This document shows, in pieces, positions 47,344 to 59,416 of a stretch of DNA of 64,000 nt. Positions within the stretch are counted from its first letter, which is position 1; each line of letters starts with the position of its first letter. This DNA comes from Catajapyx aquilonaris. Taxonomy: Eukaryota. The notes below the pieces were generated by a model, which searched no databases, was not told the DNA's origin, and saw nothing but the letters and a program-made list of their open reading frames with translations. The position numbers and the translations under genes were made by a program. Where the stretch lies: the NCBI GenBank assembly GCA_000934665.2, contig KZ538057.1:124001-188000 (forward strand), written 5' to 3'.

Positions 47344-50300
47344 TTACAATTGGGATACACTCTTTTTAAAACCAATAACTTCTTCAGGTAGTGGACAGCC
47401 ACTGGGCACTGTTGTTGAGAGATACATCTTTCTTCTGGGCAGTTCCAGAGGCTCCCCTTCCTTGAGCTGCATTGTCTTACCATCCTGAGTCAACTGTAGA
47501 GGAAGACTTGGATTGGCTGTCAGAACTGTGAGTGTCACTCTGTTTTCTTCTATGTACACCTGCATCTGGGCACCCAAATAACGCAAGCCAGTTATATTGA
47601 AAGCAGTGCAGTCGGGTGGAAGTTGAGGGTTGATGTCCATTTTCTCTGGCTGAAGTCGGATTCCAGCATACCCAAATAATAGAGCCTGCAGAAAGCCTCC
47701 CATTCCAGTTGCAAAGTTAACCGCCCCTTCCAGTGGGTAGGCCTGCTCCGTCCATACCTGTAATTGAATGGCGGGAATTTTATTGCAGAACAACTACATG
47801 TAGCAGGAAAGGGTTTGTGAAGTGCCATATCGTGTTGCTCTCACTTGAAATGGAGGCTGTGCATATGACTGGAAACTCCTGAGCAGCAGCTGTGCTGCTT
47901 TGTCCACTTGGCCCACATCCAGCATACCAATAGAATGCATAGCCCATGTCATTGCAGGCCCATCAGGTCGGGTCACTGACGAATACATGTTAAGGTCATT
48001 TTGCCTGGAAGAACTATTCATTGGGTACTGCAAGGGAAAGCCCAGCAGCACCACATCCGCTTGCTTTATTTCAGTTCCAGCAGTGTAACCGTCATACTCT
48101 GGATGGTAGTCCTTGGCCTGGTCGTAGGGCAGCTTCAAGTGGCGAGCTATGTCCATCCAGGTCTCAGGGAATTTGTCAGATTCCTTGCAGAGGCAAGAGG
48201 CATATCTGCTTGTTTGTAGCATGGCATTACTGGATATGTTTCAAACCAAATTTTTGCAACCAAGTTATGAGGTGAAAACTGGTTTAAAATGAATATTTAC
48301 ATTACTCAGCTCATTACTTGGTTGCAGAAACCTGGTTGGAGTCCCCTTACCTGGCAAAAAATATGGCATATCCTGCCACCACATTGGTGAAGGCAGAGTT
48401 GTTCACATTCGAGTGGTCTTCATCTGGTGGCATTACACCTGCATGACAAGATCAGTTTCAGATGGCCATCTTGTGGGACTCAGCATACAGTGCTACATAC
48501 TGTTAATCTCATAGAATCCTGATTCTTGGTTGAAAGATGCACGTGAAGCCCAGAATTTGGCCATTCCTCTCAGGAATTCACACCCTGTTACCTGAAAATG
48601 AGGGTGTGGAGCTTCAGTGATGAACTACATGTTATGCCTTCTCCCACAGTATTTTACTATAACACCACTTACTCATGATACCATTACCACTGGAGTAGGT
48701 GGTATTTAACATGCTATTTGTTTATTTGTTTATTAATTATGCAACATGCGACCTGCACAGCACTTATGTGAAGATTGTGCATTATTGTCGCAGTTCAGTA
48801 CAACCACTTGAAAATGCAAATAAAGATTTTTTGACACAAGAGTATCCGTTATTTCATCCTCTAATTACACTCGTAATTTTGAGTTAATAATTCTGTTCAG
48901 CATCTCACAACTATAGATATAAACATGTGCTATCCACACGTCCCGGAGCACAATGTTGTACTAGCTGACATTAATACCCAGGTGGGATGTGCAATTGATT
49001 CATTTGGCTAGTTCAGGCCCTTAGGGTCATAATTAACACTTCATGGTTTCAAGTGTGTGGCAGTATCAAGTATACACTGTACAGAGTGTAACAAGCCCCT
49101 TTGGCCTCACATAAATGATGTTTGCCTGGCTTGATATTATGCATACTTGAGGTTACGGCTTAATTATATATATATTTTGGTTAGGCTGCATATAACCCTG
49201 CAGATAGTTCGATTCCACGCTGTGTGTTACATGATATTAATTTGATTATAGATAATACCAGTATGGCTGATGTAACTTGTTACAGGTTAGGATTTGGTAG
49301 CCAATATTTCTGAAATCGTCTCCATTGGCGAAGTTAGAAGGAAAGTAGCCCGGGGGGAGGAGGGGGGAGTAGCAATAGTTAATATCCTGATATACACGCA
49401 ACCCATGAAACTTGCTTGTAACATTGGCGGTATTCATCGAAGGGGCAGGGCAGTGTGACCTCGACTTTGCCCCTGCTCCATGCACTTCCCGGTGAACCAT
49501 TGAGGCGAATGGGTTGCAGGACGACAGGATAAATAACACAATTTTCAACATACGTGTTGGCCCCACTCGTAATTCATGTAAAATCATTGTGCAGTTACGC
49601 AATGGCTCTAAAATTCAGCGCAGTTTTGGAACGCCCTGTATTAATGTGTTATGTCCAGCTGTCGGAATTATGGGGCACTCCTACTGTGGCTATTTATCAC
49701 CGCACTACACATGCATGCAGTTGGTAATGAGGAAACAATGCGTTCCGTGACATGATGCATTGAATTCCGTATCTGCGCATCTGCGATAACAAAAATGGCC
49801 ACAAGGTGCACCAATACTGACTCGACCCCAGCATAATATTAAGTCAGGGGCTGCACTTACGTCTGACCCCGCAGGCTTCGTGCTGAGCCAGAGGTAATCT
49901 CTGGTGGCTTCGACGAATTGCCGTGCTGCGAAGGCAATGTCTCCGGTCACGTGCTGCTCGAAGTTGCTCACCACGGGGCAACAGTCGTTGGTGACCTCGA
50001 CCCCTGTGAAGGCACTTTCCCAAGGGAAGCGCAGGCCTCCGTACCCGGTTTTGCTGGCCAGCTGGGCCGCTGCCGGTACTCTTCTCATGCGGTACAGTAA
50101 CAGCTCTCGAGTCAGGCGAGGATGCAGGAGCAGGATAGAAGGGAACATCCAAGTCTCGGTGTCCCAAAAGGAGTGACCTGTTTGTGAGAGATTGTAAGGG
50201 AGATCCTGATGAAATGCAGATGACCGCTTACATCAATATGGTTATATTAATATTAAAGTATGTGTTGCCAAGTGTGTTGCCCATTCTCCCACCATACATG

Positions 50301-53299
50301 TTAGGTTTATGAACACCCTTCATGTGACCTAGTTGCGTCCGGACTCAAACTATGTGCGAACTATTTTTATTATTTACTACCGGCACCTAGTTTCGCGCCG
50401 ATGAATTTTTCAAAAGCGGGCGCCGTACAGTATTGCGCTTTAAAAATCCGCCTTCTGCTGCCGAACTGGTCTCGTTTCAAACAACAATGTTTTTTTTTTG
50501 GTTCCGTCCTGGTAACTCGCAGCTTTATAATAATCAATTAATGGGAGGGAGCAGTCTGGAGCTAATTGTCTGCTGCATCGATCTACAGCGGCAATCCTCA
50601 TTTGGAAAGTTGAAACCCTCGAAAAGCTGTTTGAAACGAATCAGCGTGACAACTTTAATTTGATCCTAGCGCGACGTCAGCCACATAAATGGCAGAATAT
50701 GGCGTGAGAGCGACACAAAAAAGTTGTGGTACCGGGTATACAGTTAGGCAGTTACCGCAATAAATCTATAGTACAGTTAATATGTGGGTGCTGGATGTCA
50801 CTGTGGCTGTTAAGTGGAACAAATGCACGCATCAATTTACTGCACGAGGTGTTAAATTGCATGCTGTACGCAATAAGGGTACTTTGTTTTTGTATCATGT
50901 AGCGACACTGTATCTGTTCGAGGTTGTATAAATCTTATGGTTTAATAGCAACTGCGGGCTCATTCACACCCAAGCAAACTTTTCAACAATTAAATTGCTA
51001 TTGGGGAAAAAAGAAATGGCAGTGTGGTTAATCTTACCATTGTAGTCTCCGAGGCCGTGTCCGAAGGCCAGAGTGGATGGCGCCAGTCCGCAGAAAGGTT
51101 GCGGAGGACTGTGGGATTTGGTGGAGGGCAGGGATGACAGCAGGTAGTAGAGAGCTCCGTTGGCGGCTTTTCCCAATCGAAGGGCTCCGGAACCGCCCGT
51201 AAATTCCAGCTTGGCCTGGGACCACAGACGTTGCCATTCTTCCACATGGGTGGCGAATATATGCTCGTGTTGGCCTTCTTGTATTAGGAGGTTCAGAGCT
51301 TCCCAGTCTGCGCCAGCGTTGCTGAGAACCATGAAGGGTCATAATTCTGTAATGGGTGGTGAGTTGCATGTTATACCTGATGTCCTGGTCGATGGACAGC
51401 ATAAACGTCGCTGAATTGTTAACAGCTGACAACTCCAGAGTCTGAACGTGGGGTGTCCACACTTGGCATACTTGTGTCCCATTGGGCTGGAGGTCAGGGT
51501 CTTCCTTCAGCTTGGTGACACCGCATTGGCTACGGCCTCCGTATGTGAAGGACGTGATCGGACCCATGTTGAAGTCGTCACTGTCTGGTCCTGGGTTGGC
51601 GTCGATCCTCAGCGTGACAGGCGGTGGGTTGGGTGTCCTGGGAGTGACCACCACCTGATTGATGATGGCCCTGGTGAAGAAGCGGTGCGCGAAGACACGG
51701 TGCTGCACATCGTAATCCTCGACCTGCAGGTCTGCCAGGAACACGCCGCGGGTCACGTCTAGAGAGAATCGTTTCTGTTGCACTGCGGCCGAGACGACCT
51801 GTACCTCCAAGCTGGCTCTGGAGGGAATTCGGGCCCGCATTGTGTTGCCGCGGACTCCATTGTAGACGCAGTTGACAAAGACCGATTGGCTGTACACGGC
51901 TGTGGCCAGGTGCCCGTTGCCCACAGTGGCCATTCGGCGAGTCCAGATGTTTCCGTATTTGTCTGTGGGCAGTCTAGAGGGACCAGGACATTGAGTTGAA
52001 AAAACCTATCACTCTTTTGGTCATCAGGTAACCTTTAATAGAGGTTTCAAAACCTGCACTTTTTATATCCCTGTCTAGAGAGGGGTTACCTATGAACTTT
52101 TGCTGCACTTTTTTGCCGAAAATTTCTCTGCTCTGATTTTTAAATATCCAAATGACTATTGTTATTACAAAGCTATACAAGGACAGTGGAAACAAAGGTG
52201 ACATCATTTGATCTTAGAAAAATCGGAGTGCAGGTAATTGAAATTTGTTAAAAAAATTAAAAAAACGTAGACTTTTCAGAGGTCTCGCCTGACAAAGAGT
52301 GTGCAATACGGCTGACCATCACTTACTGCGTCATCATTTTTCAAAGGGCACAGTTACGGTTACATCTCTCGCCTTTCACAGGTTACCGCCGCAGCTCCAA
52401 TTCTGTTATGTAATTTATACGCCAGTGTAACCTTAATCTATACACCTGTCTCTACACCGAAACATTCCCATTGATGTAACTTTTAAATAAACGCTGCATT
52501 ATAGGTTACCCGATTAAGAGTGTATAGCATGTTAAACCTGGGTAACAGTAAGCAACAGTTAAATTTTCCCCTTTTTACGTCACAACTGCATATTAGGGCT
52601 TAGTTACTGTAAGCATTTGCTAGGCTGGTATTTAGTTCAAGGAGGGGTTTATTACAGTGTGTAGGGCTTTGATGCCTGCAGCTAAGCTCTCTTTATTTTT
52701 CCCCTCTGGTAAAATTCAGTTGATAGCTGCTTTTGGTACATGCCAGCCACGATTATGCTCGTGGTTTGTTAATATGATTTATAGAATTAATTTTACATTA
52801 GGCGCTGCATTATTTGCATCGCAATTAGCTTCAGAGAGTAAATATTCAAAACAAGTTCACTGCAAAACAAGTCCTGGTGAAAATTTAGGCATGCAATATT
52901 ATCAAATGGCATCAATGAACACTTGATTTTTGTGACAGTCCCGCGTTGCTCGTCGCATCATCAACAAGGATACGGGTGAAGACACTATTTTAAAGGTAAT
53001 AGTGGCACACTTGCAGGTTATGCGAATTATCATTCGTTATTTTATGGCACAAATTTTGGCGAAAAAATTGAATTACTCCTCATTTAAACAAATCGTTGGG
53101 TTGCATCATGCCAGGATGAAGCAAAGTAGCTTTTTTTTTTGGAATTTTTTTTGACCAACCTGTCAGACTGGAAGATGGCAGGATCATCGCTGATATCAGG
53201 CGGCAACTGTCCCATTGGATCTTCTTGCCATCCAAACGACATCAGCGCCATGGCGGCCATCCCTGTCGCAGCCAATAGGACCAAAGCCTGCAGTGCCAT
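47344..53299 (-). CDS. PGGHG: Protein-glucosylgalactosylhydroxylysine glucosidase (acid trehalase-like 1, GH65)
   Basis: Exons 53299-53160, 51973-51377 (MATVGNGHLAT), 51321-51038, 50177-49861 (GHSFWDTETWMFP…FPWESA…EQHVTGDIA), 48591-48501, 48438-48351 (VMPPDE…NNSAFTN), 48205-47845 (HPEYDGY…IKQADVVLLGFP…GPAMTW) and 47757-47344 (VWTE…GAVNFATGMGGFLQ). All are GT-AG and phase consistent. Confidence 0.93.
52044..52244. mobile_element. Possible short MITE in PGGHG intron 1
   Basis: Imperfect inverted ends tttcaaaacctgcact versus agtgcaggtaattgaaa. Confidence 0.4.
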
Positions 53300-56200
53300 G
53301 ACTTTTCCGTCGTTTCTCTCCTGCAAGAACCTCTCTATTTTTTTTTATTCCGACTGTACTCGCCTAATCATAATTTTAATGCTCTCGTCGTTGCTCGGGG
53401 TGATTGAATTATTGCACGGGAACTTCCTCTCGCCGCAGACGGGGAAGTAGATAATGATGTTTTAACACCCGAAGATAAAGTAGTGGTGAAAAGGCACTCT
53501 CGCCAGCACTCCCCGGGTTTTCTGGAGGATTTTTGTGACCCAACAGGATGGAAGTAGAAAAGCGGCTCTTCCCTCCCTCCATTTCGACCTAACTTGTAGT
53601 CTGCCTAGTGTATTGCAGGAGCTCTGCTGCAGGATTTATCTCCAACTGAAATCTGATGTTATATGCATTTCAGTGGGCTTTTAGTCAAATGTGGCCGTGT
53701 ATTACTGACGGCTCGTTTAAGACACGTTGCATATTGCAGTAATGCTCCGGTTAGGTTGTCTGTGACAGGTGGGACATCTGACGTCATGACTGTAGAATCG
53801 TGTGACGTTTTTGAACTCGTGTCGCTCAAAATATATAGCATGTGGGGTCCAGTTACTTCATTTAGCACTTGTTTTGTGACATACAGTACCGTTTGCAAAT
53901 TCATAATTAACCGCACTACATATGACAGGACTTACAAACACTATTATGCAAAGTAAAAAAAAGGGGCGAATAGAAGCAAGACTCACTCTAAAATGTGTCA
54001 GTGTCCGAATGCTATAGTTCTTGATTGCCCAGAGGTCACTCTCGTCTCATAGATTAGATAACCACCCCTCAGGCCATGGAATCGGACTTTGGAAAAACTC
54101 GAGTGCACTCTAGCTCTATTCACGTGACCTGAGTTGCAACTATGGCAACCACGCTTCTTGCAGAATGTACAGTATTTGCCAGCAGTATTCACGAGTCTTA
54201 TTCCGTTCCGGCTTAGAATCGGGCGAGGACTAGGAAATAGAAAATCCTGTTCACAAAAATCCGTATACAGGTTCCTAGGTGCTAGGGAAATGTCATCAGA
54301 AAATTAGGCCGATATTTTTTTCCCCTTGGTTGCATCGCCTGCTGGTGAGATAAGAGTGGAAAAGTGACAGGGACGTTAGAAGGAGATGTCAAGCGATGTG
54401 ACGTTACAGGATGCATGTCGTCCTTGGATGATGTTTGTGGCTTTGTGCCTCTGGGAACCCCGACAGAATAAAAGGACATGGAAATAACGGTTCACTTCCA
54501 GGGTGTCGGCTTTCCTGCCGGCGGCGTCGATATCTTATGGACTACCTGTGACGAGCGGGACAGATCCAAATGGAGGGGGTAGTCTTCTTTTGGTGGAGAA
54601 AATAATCATAAAAAAAGGAAACTGCGGAGTTGGCTGTTATCGCAAAAACTGATAGACCTTTCTCTCTATTTTTGATCAGCTGATGCAGCAGGGACGTTGG
54701 GGAATGTCAACAACTGATTTAAAATTCGAGGGGGGGGGGGGGNGCGATGAGTGTGTTTGGGGAGGGGGGGGGGACAGTGCGGATATTGGAGCTGATGCGG
54801 CGGCAAGCGCGTAAATAACTTATGTTTATATTCAATATTCAAGCGAATATCCGCGGACATGCTGGAGTTTCATTGGGGCTCGCACTTTTGAGGAAGTTTC
54901 TGACGTCACGTTGTTGTCTGCACCTGCGGTACTGTATAAACACGGTGGCTCCTCTGCTGGCTGGGACTGTGTGCAGAGTGGCAATATGTGTGCCGCACAC
55001 CGACGTATGCAGCAGGGCAGTTCGATTGAAACTCTTGAATCTGTCATGGCACGTTGTAACAAATTGAATTCAAACCAATGTGGCATTTGTGGTGGAATTA
55101 ACTGAATCGGTCTGTATTATACAGTATGATCGTGGCGTTTTAATCATATGCTCGGTTCATGAAGCCAACATGGCATATGCCAAGTACTGTGTTTGCTGCA
55201 AGCCTCTCCAATTGTTAATGAGGGCGGAATTTTCAAGTGTGCGTAAGATCATGAATAATGTTACATCACCTGAAACTCTGTATCCGTAGCATACTGCGGG
55301 TAGCGTTAAAGTTCAATGTGTTATATGGACGTGCACTTGGTGTTCAAAGCTAGGGTCACCTGTAAATGCATAAATATCCTATAGAATACTCCACGATTCT
55401 GACTGAATAGTCTACTGATACCCCCTGAAAGGGCAGACAGCCCAACATGGTATTAATAAATGGAATTGAATTGAATAGTCTATTGATAGGAGGTGATAAC
55501 ATATGACGAAAGAAGAGCTACGTTATATCCGATGGCAGGTTGAGGTACAGTACATTGCTGTACCTTGATGAATTTTGTAACTTACGTTAGAGTGGCACGG
55601 TGTTTGCGATTTATCTACTCTGTATAAGGCCTGAACTGATAATCTGTCTTGATACTATCATGACAGGCATCCATTTTTGCAAATGTTAAAAACACGACTG
55701 AAGGCTATATCATGTTTTCACTGCTTCTGTAATCCCCCCTGATAAATACTCAATGGTCATCCGATCAGTTTCGATGACGTCAAGCGACAATTATAAGCAC
55801 CCACACGGATATGTTTGTTCAGAAAACAGCGATAGTTAATTTTGATACTCGTTCAACTGACAACGATGTCCACGTCATCAGCATTTGTCACACCCAAAAC
55901 CTGATGAATTTTTAGCCTCATCAGTCAGTGTCACATGTAAAAGAGAGGACCACAACCAGCCTGATTTTTTTTTTTTTTTGTCCTAAACTGAATCTTTCAG
56001 CGAATCTCCGTGGGAAATTACCCACTGATTTATTTCTCTCTCGCCTTTTTGAAAAAATTTCTCTCTCCACGTAATTATATAGCGTTGCAAAACCGCATGA
56101 ACTGGCGCCTATTGTCACGAAAAAAAAAAATCCAGCTGATTTGAATGTGGCGTAGGTAATTTCCCATCGGCGCATGCAGGCACCGGGGCCGGTTACAATT

Positions 56201-56724
56201 TCCTGGCTTGGCGGCAATTATTCGACCTGGCAAACTGTGGAATCTCCCCGGAGAAAAGCGAAGAGCCAGGCATGCAGAAGAGATGAGATCCATCCGCGCC
56301 TACTCTGGAGGATTGCCCGTCCGCACCCTCCCCACCCTCAACCACCTCGTTAACTTCCATCCATCCCGCCTCGGATGAGATAGACTCAACTTGGATGAGA
56401 ATTCCAGGGGAATCTAGCCGCACCTTGCTGTTTGGGCACTAGTTAGAGAAAAAAAAAACCCACAGGAAATCCGGATTGCCTGCGAATTATTTGGGACTGA
56501 TTCTTGGTTGGGCATGTGATTCAAGTGCGTCAATTGCAGGGATGAAATAACAAGGGATGTCGATCATGTGACCAGCAGGGTTGCCACTGTATGTAGTAAC
56601 AGGACTGTAATTATCCTAGTGCGGTTATGCTGCACAATTCATGGCGCAGATCTACATCGGTTTTGAATCAATGTTCCAGCAATGTCCGGCATATAGAATG
56701 TTAATTCCGAGTTGGTGGATTAAA

Positions 56725-56767
<43 letters not shown>

Positions 56768-56805
56768 ATGATGGTTATTATTATTAATAATAATATTAAT
56801 ATTAT
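56725..56805. repeat. Compound microsatellite (GCT)n(GAT)n(TAT/AAT)n
   Basis: Read directly from the sequence. Confidence 0.9.
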
Positions 56806-57404
56806 AGCAATATTTTGACTGGTTGAGAAATCGACCAATATGGTATCGATAACGCTTTTTCGATTTGTAATTTTTATTTTCCATATACCGGCCGATGCGT
56901 GTAGGCCTGATCGTGTAAAATGGCTGTCGATCAGTGTAATGTGATGTACTTGTATGAGCGTGTGTTAATTTAACGAACTACAGATGTGCTAATCAAGAAT
57001 TGGTCCATAAGTTATCACGCGCATTTGTGCACACATGCCTTCTAATTAGGTAATTATACGATAACTTTAGTAATTACCTTCCATAATTTACCTTGTGTGA
57101 TTTTGAAAGTTACGTTCCCGATAAAGTGATTTTGGACAATTTCAGGCAAAGATGAACCGTCGTTATTAGAATTAAAATTGGTCCAGTAAGTACCTGGCTG
57201 AAAGTGCAAATGGATAGTTTGCTGATTTTTTTATTAGTTACAAACAAATAAGCAGTTCCATTGTGTCTGCAATGACGCTTTTATGTATATTGCATTTATC
57301 CACCCACGTCCTGTCCTCTCCTGTTTATGGTAACAAATGAAGATGCCCAAAATAGCCATTCGGCTGATTGACGCGGTTGTTTATTGCCGCTTGTCGTGAC
57401 GCAT

Positions 57405-59416
57405 TTAGCCGAAGAGTCCCAAAATAGCCAGGAGTCGTTCGTAGGTGACCAGTTGCAAATGCTGGTTGACAATGGCATTGATAGCTGGCAATATATTTGG
57501 CATAACGAGGGGCTCGAGTTTTCGGCTGAGCGTGGGTACCAGGTTGCTTATCAGCTTGTTGATCTGCTTGGTTAGATCTGGATTGGGCATCAGGCCTTCG
57601 AAGTCAACCTGTCAAATGTAAAATACCTCGCTATAGAATGTGGACGCTTGGATTGTTCGAGTGACTTACATCGCAGGTCTCCAGTTCAATCTGAAGATCT
57701 AAGTTTGATATCACGGCGTGGTCGTTTGTGTTGTCCATGTTGAGCGAACCGTTGGCTGTTATGTTGTTTATCACAATCCTGCAATAAAACGTGGAATGTA
57801 CAGTACGGTACATTAACATTTTCTGTATAATAATATACTGACTTAAAATCACCCTCTCCGTGAACTGGGATGATGTTTCCCACCAGACCGTCGATTTTGT
57901 AGTGACCAGTAGTAGTCACCTGGGGCATGACCTGGACGAAGGTAGTCTTCATCCTGTCCATCATGTCTATGGTCATGTCACTGAAGCAGAAATTTGTCAG
58001 ACCAGTCACAAGTACATCTCGCACCTCTGCCTTGATGTTCAGCATCTTTTCATTCAGCCTGAGAGCTATATGATGGACTGTGAGTGGTTCTATACCCGGC
58101 ATTTTCAGTTCAGGGATTCCCACACTTAGGTTGGGCTTCAGGGCGTAGATATGCTGGGCAACAATGTTGCCCATAAGATCTGAAACAAACCATTTCGTTA
58201 TGATCTACATGCTGGTGCTAAATCTGTAACTAAAAACAGCACAATCTTACCTGACACATCCGGACATGGATCCTGACGGAATTGTACCGGTCCTGTGAAA
58301 AACACAAGTGAGTGTCATCATAAACGCTGCATACAAATCACACTGTTTATCCAACAATAGGGTGTCTAAATGCAATAACTCATGTTTTAGAAACCTTCCC
58401 TCCCACCCCCGGCCAAAAGTCTTCTTTCCCATGCAGCAGTCCGGGCTCTTCAGGTCGGTATTCCAACCGCTTTCCCAACTGCGCACCGTAATGAAATCTC
58501 CCTAAGAGAAAACGGATTATAGATGTCTCTGAGGAATTAGTAGGCTAACCACCGCCCCATTTCTGCCAATTTATTTCCCTTCCTTCCCTCTCTATAGGCG
58601 GAACAATCGCATTGCAACGAGCTACTCCTTCTGCCCCTAGCTCCATTCTCTCTCTCTCGATCCTCTTTCAAGCTACTGATATGTTATCTTCATATCAAAC
58701 TGCGTGCTCGTACATTGTGCGAACGTCATTAGCGGAATGCTTATTGAAATTCAACGTGGCCCTAGGACTACCTGGTCTGGTAATTGTTTAGTCGCATTGT
58801 CCGAAGTTAGAGCCGCTCTAATGAGGCTGTACCCCCCCTCTCAAACGTTTTGAGCTAGTTTTGGCTACTCAAATTAGAGTGTACAGTTTCAAGCTTTTCA
58901 AGCATAATGGTGTATTGAAATTAATTAGTTGTAAAAAAAATTGGCTTTTTGTTGGCTGGGTTTTTGATGTGGACTTGGACCTGGTCTTATCGCGGTATGA
59001 ACTGATGCGCACACACGGCTAGTACAGTAAGGAAAAGGGAATTCTCATCAGTTCCATCCGACTGCACGGCAACGAATTTATCAATAGAGAGTATTAGAAT
59101 AGACCGCTGTTGTAATCTGGTTACTACCGCATGTCATACAGAAAATGAGCGGAACAGAGCGCCTTTTCAGGTTCGGGAGATAGAAAAAAAAAACCTGGCA
59201 GCCCCCCNCCCCCCTGCACATCTGATTTAATTGAACCGAGCTGGGAGTGCAGAAGAGTATCAATTGAACCGCGCCCAATTATTTCCAGATGAGCCGGGGT
59301 GGAAAAAGCGGAGAGTTTTAATTGGGAAGCCATGACGACGATGAAAGAGTGCAACGTCACATACCTCCGGATACGACGCCGACGACGACTGCAACGAACA
59401 ACCAAAACTGCTGCAT
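57405..59416 (-). CDS. Secreted haemolymph juvenile-hormone-binding protein / takeout-family (JHBP domain) protein
   Basis: Exons 59416-59365 (MQQFWLFVAVVVGVVSG, signal peptide), 58292-58251 (42 nt), 58179-57843 (GIPELKMPGIEPL…VTGLTNF…GHYKIDGLVGNIIPVHGEGDF), 57778-57670 and 57608-57405. All are phase consistent. GIPExxxPxxEPL and GxYxxxG…PxxGxG are JHBP-domain motifs. Confidence 0.82.
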
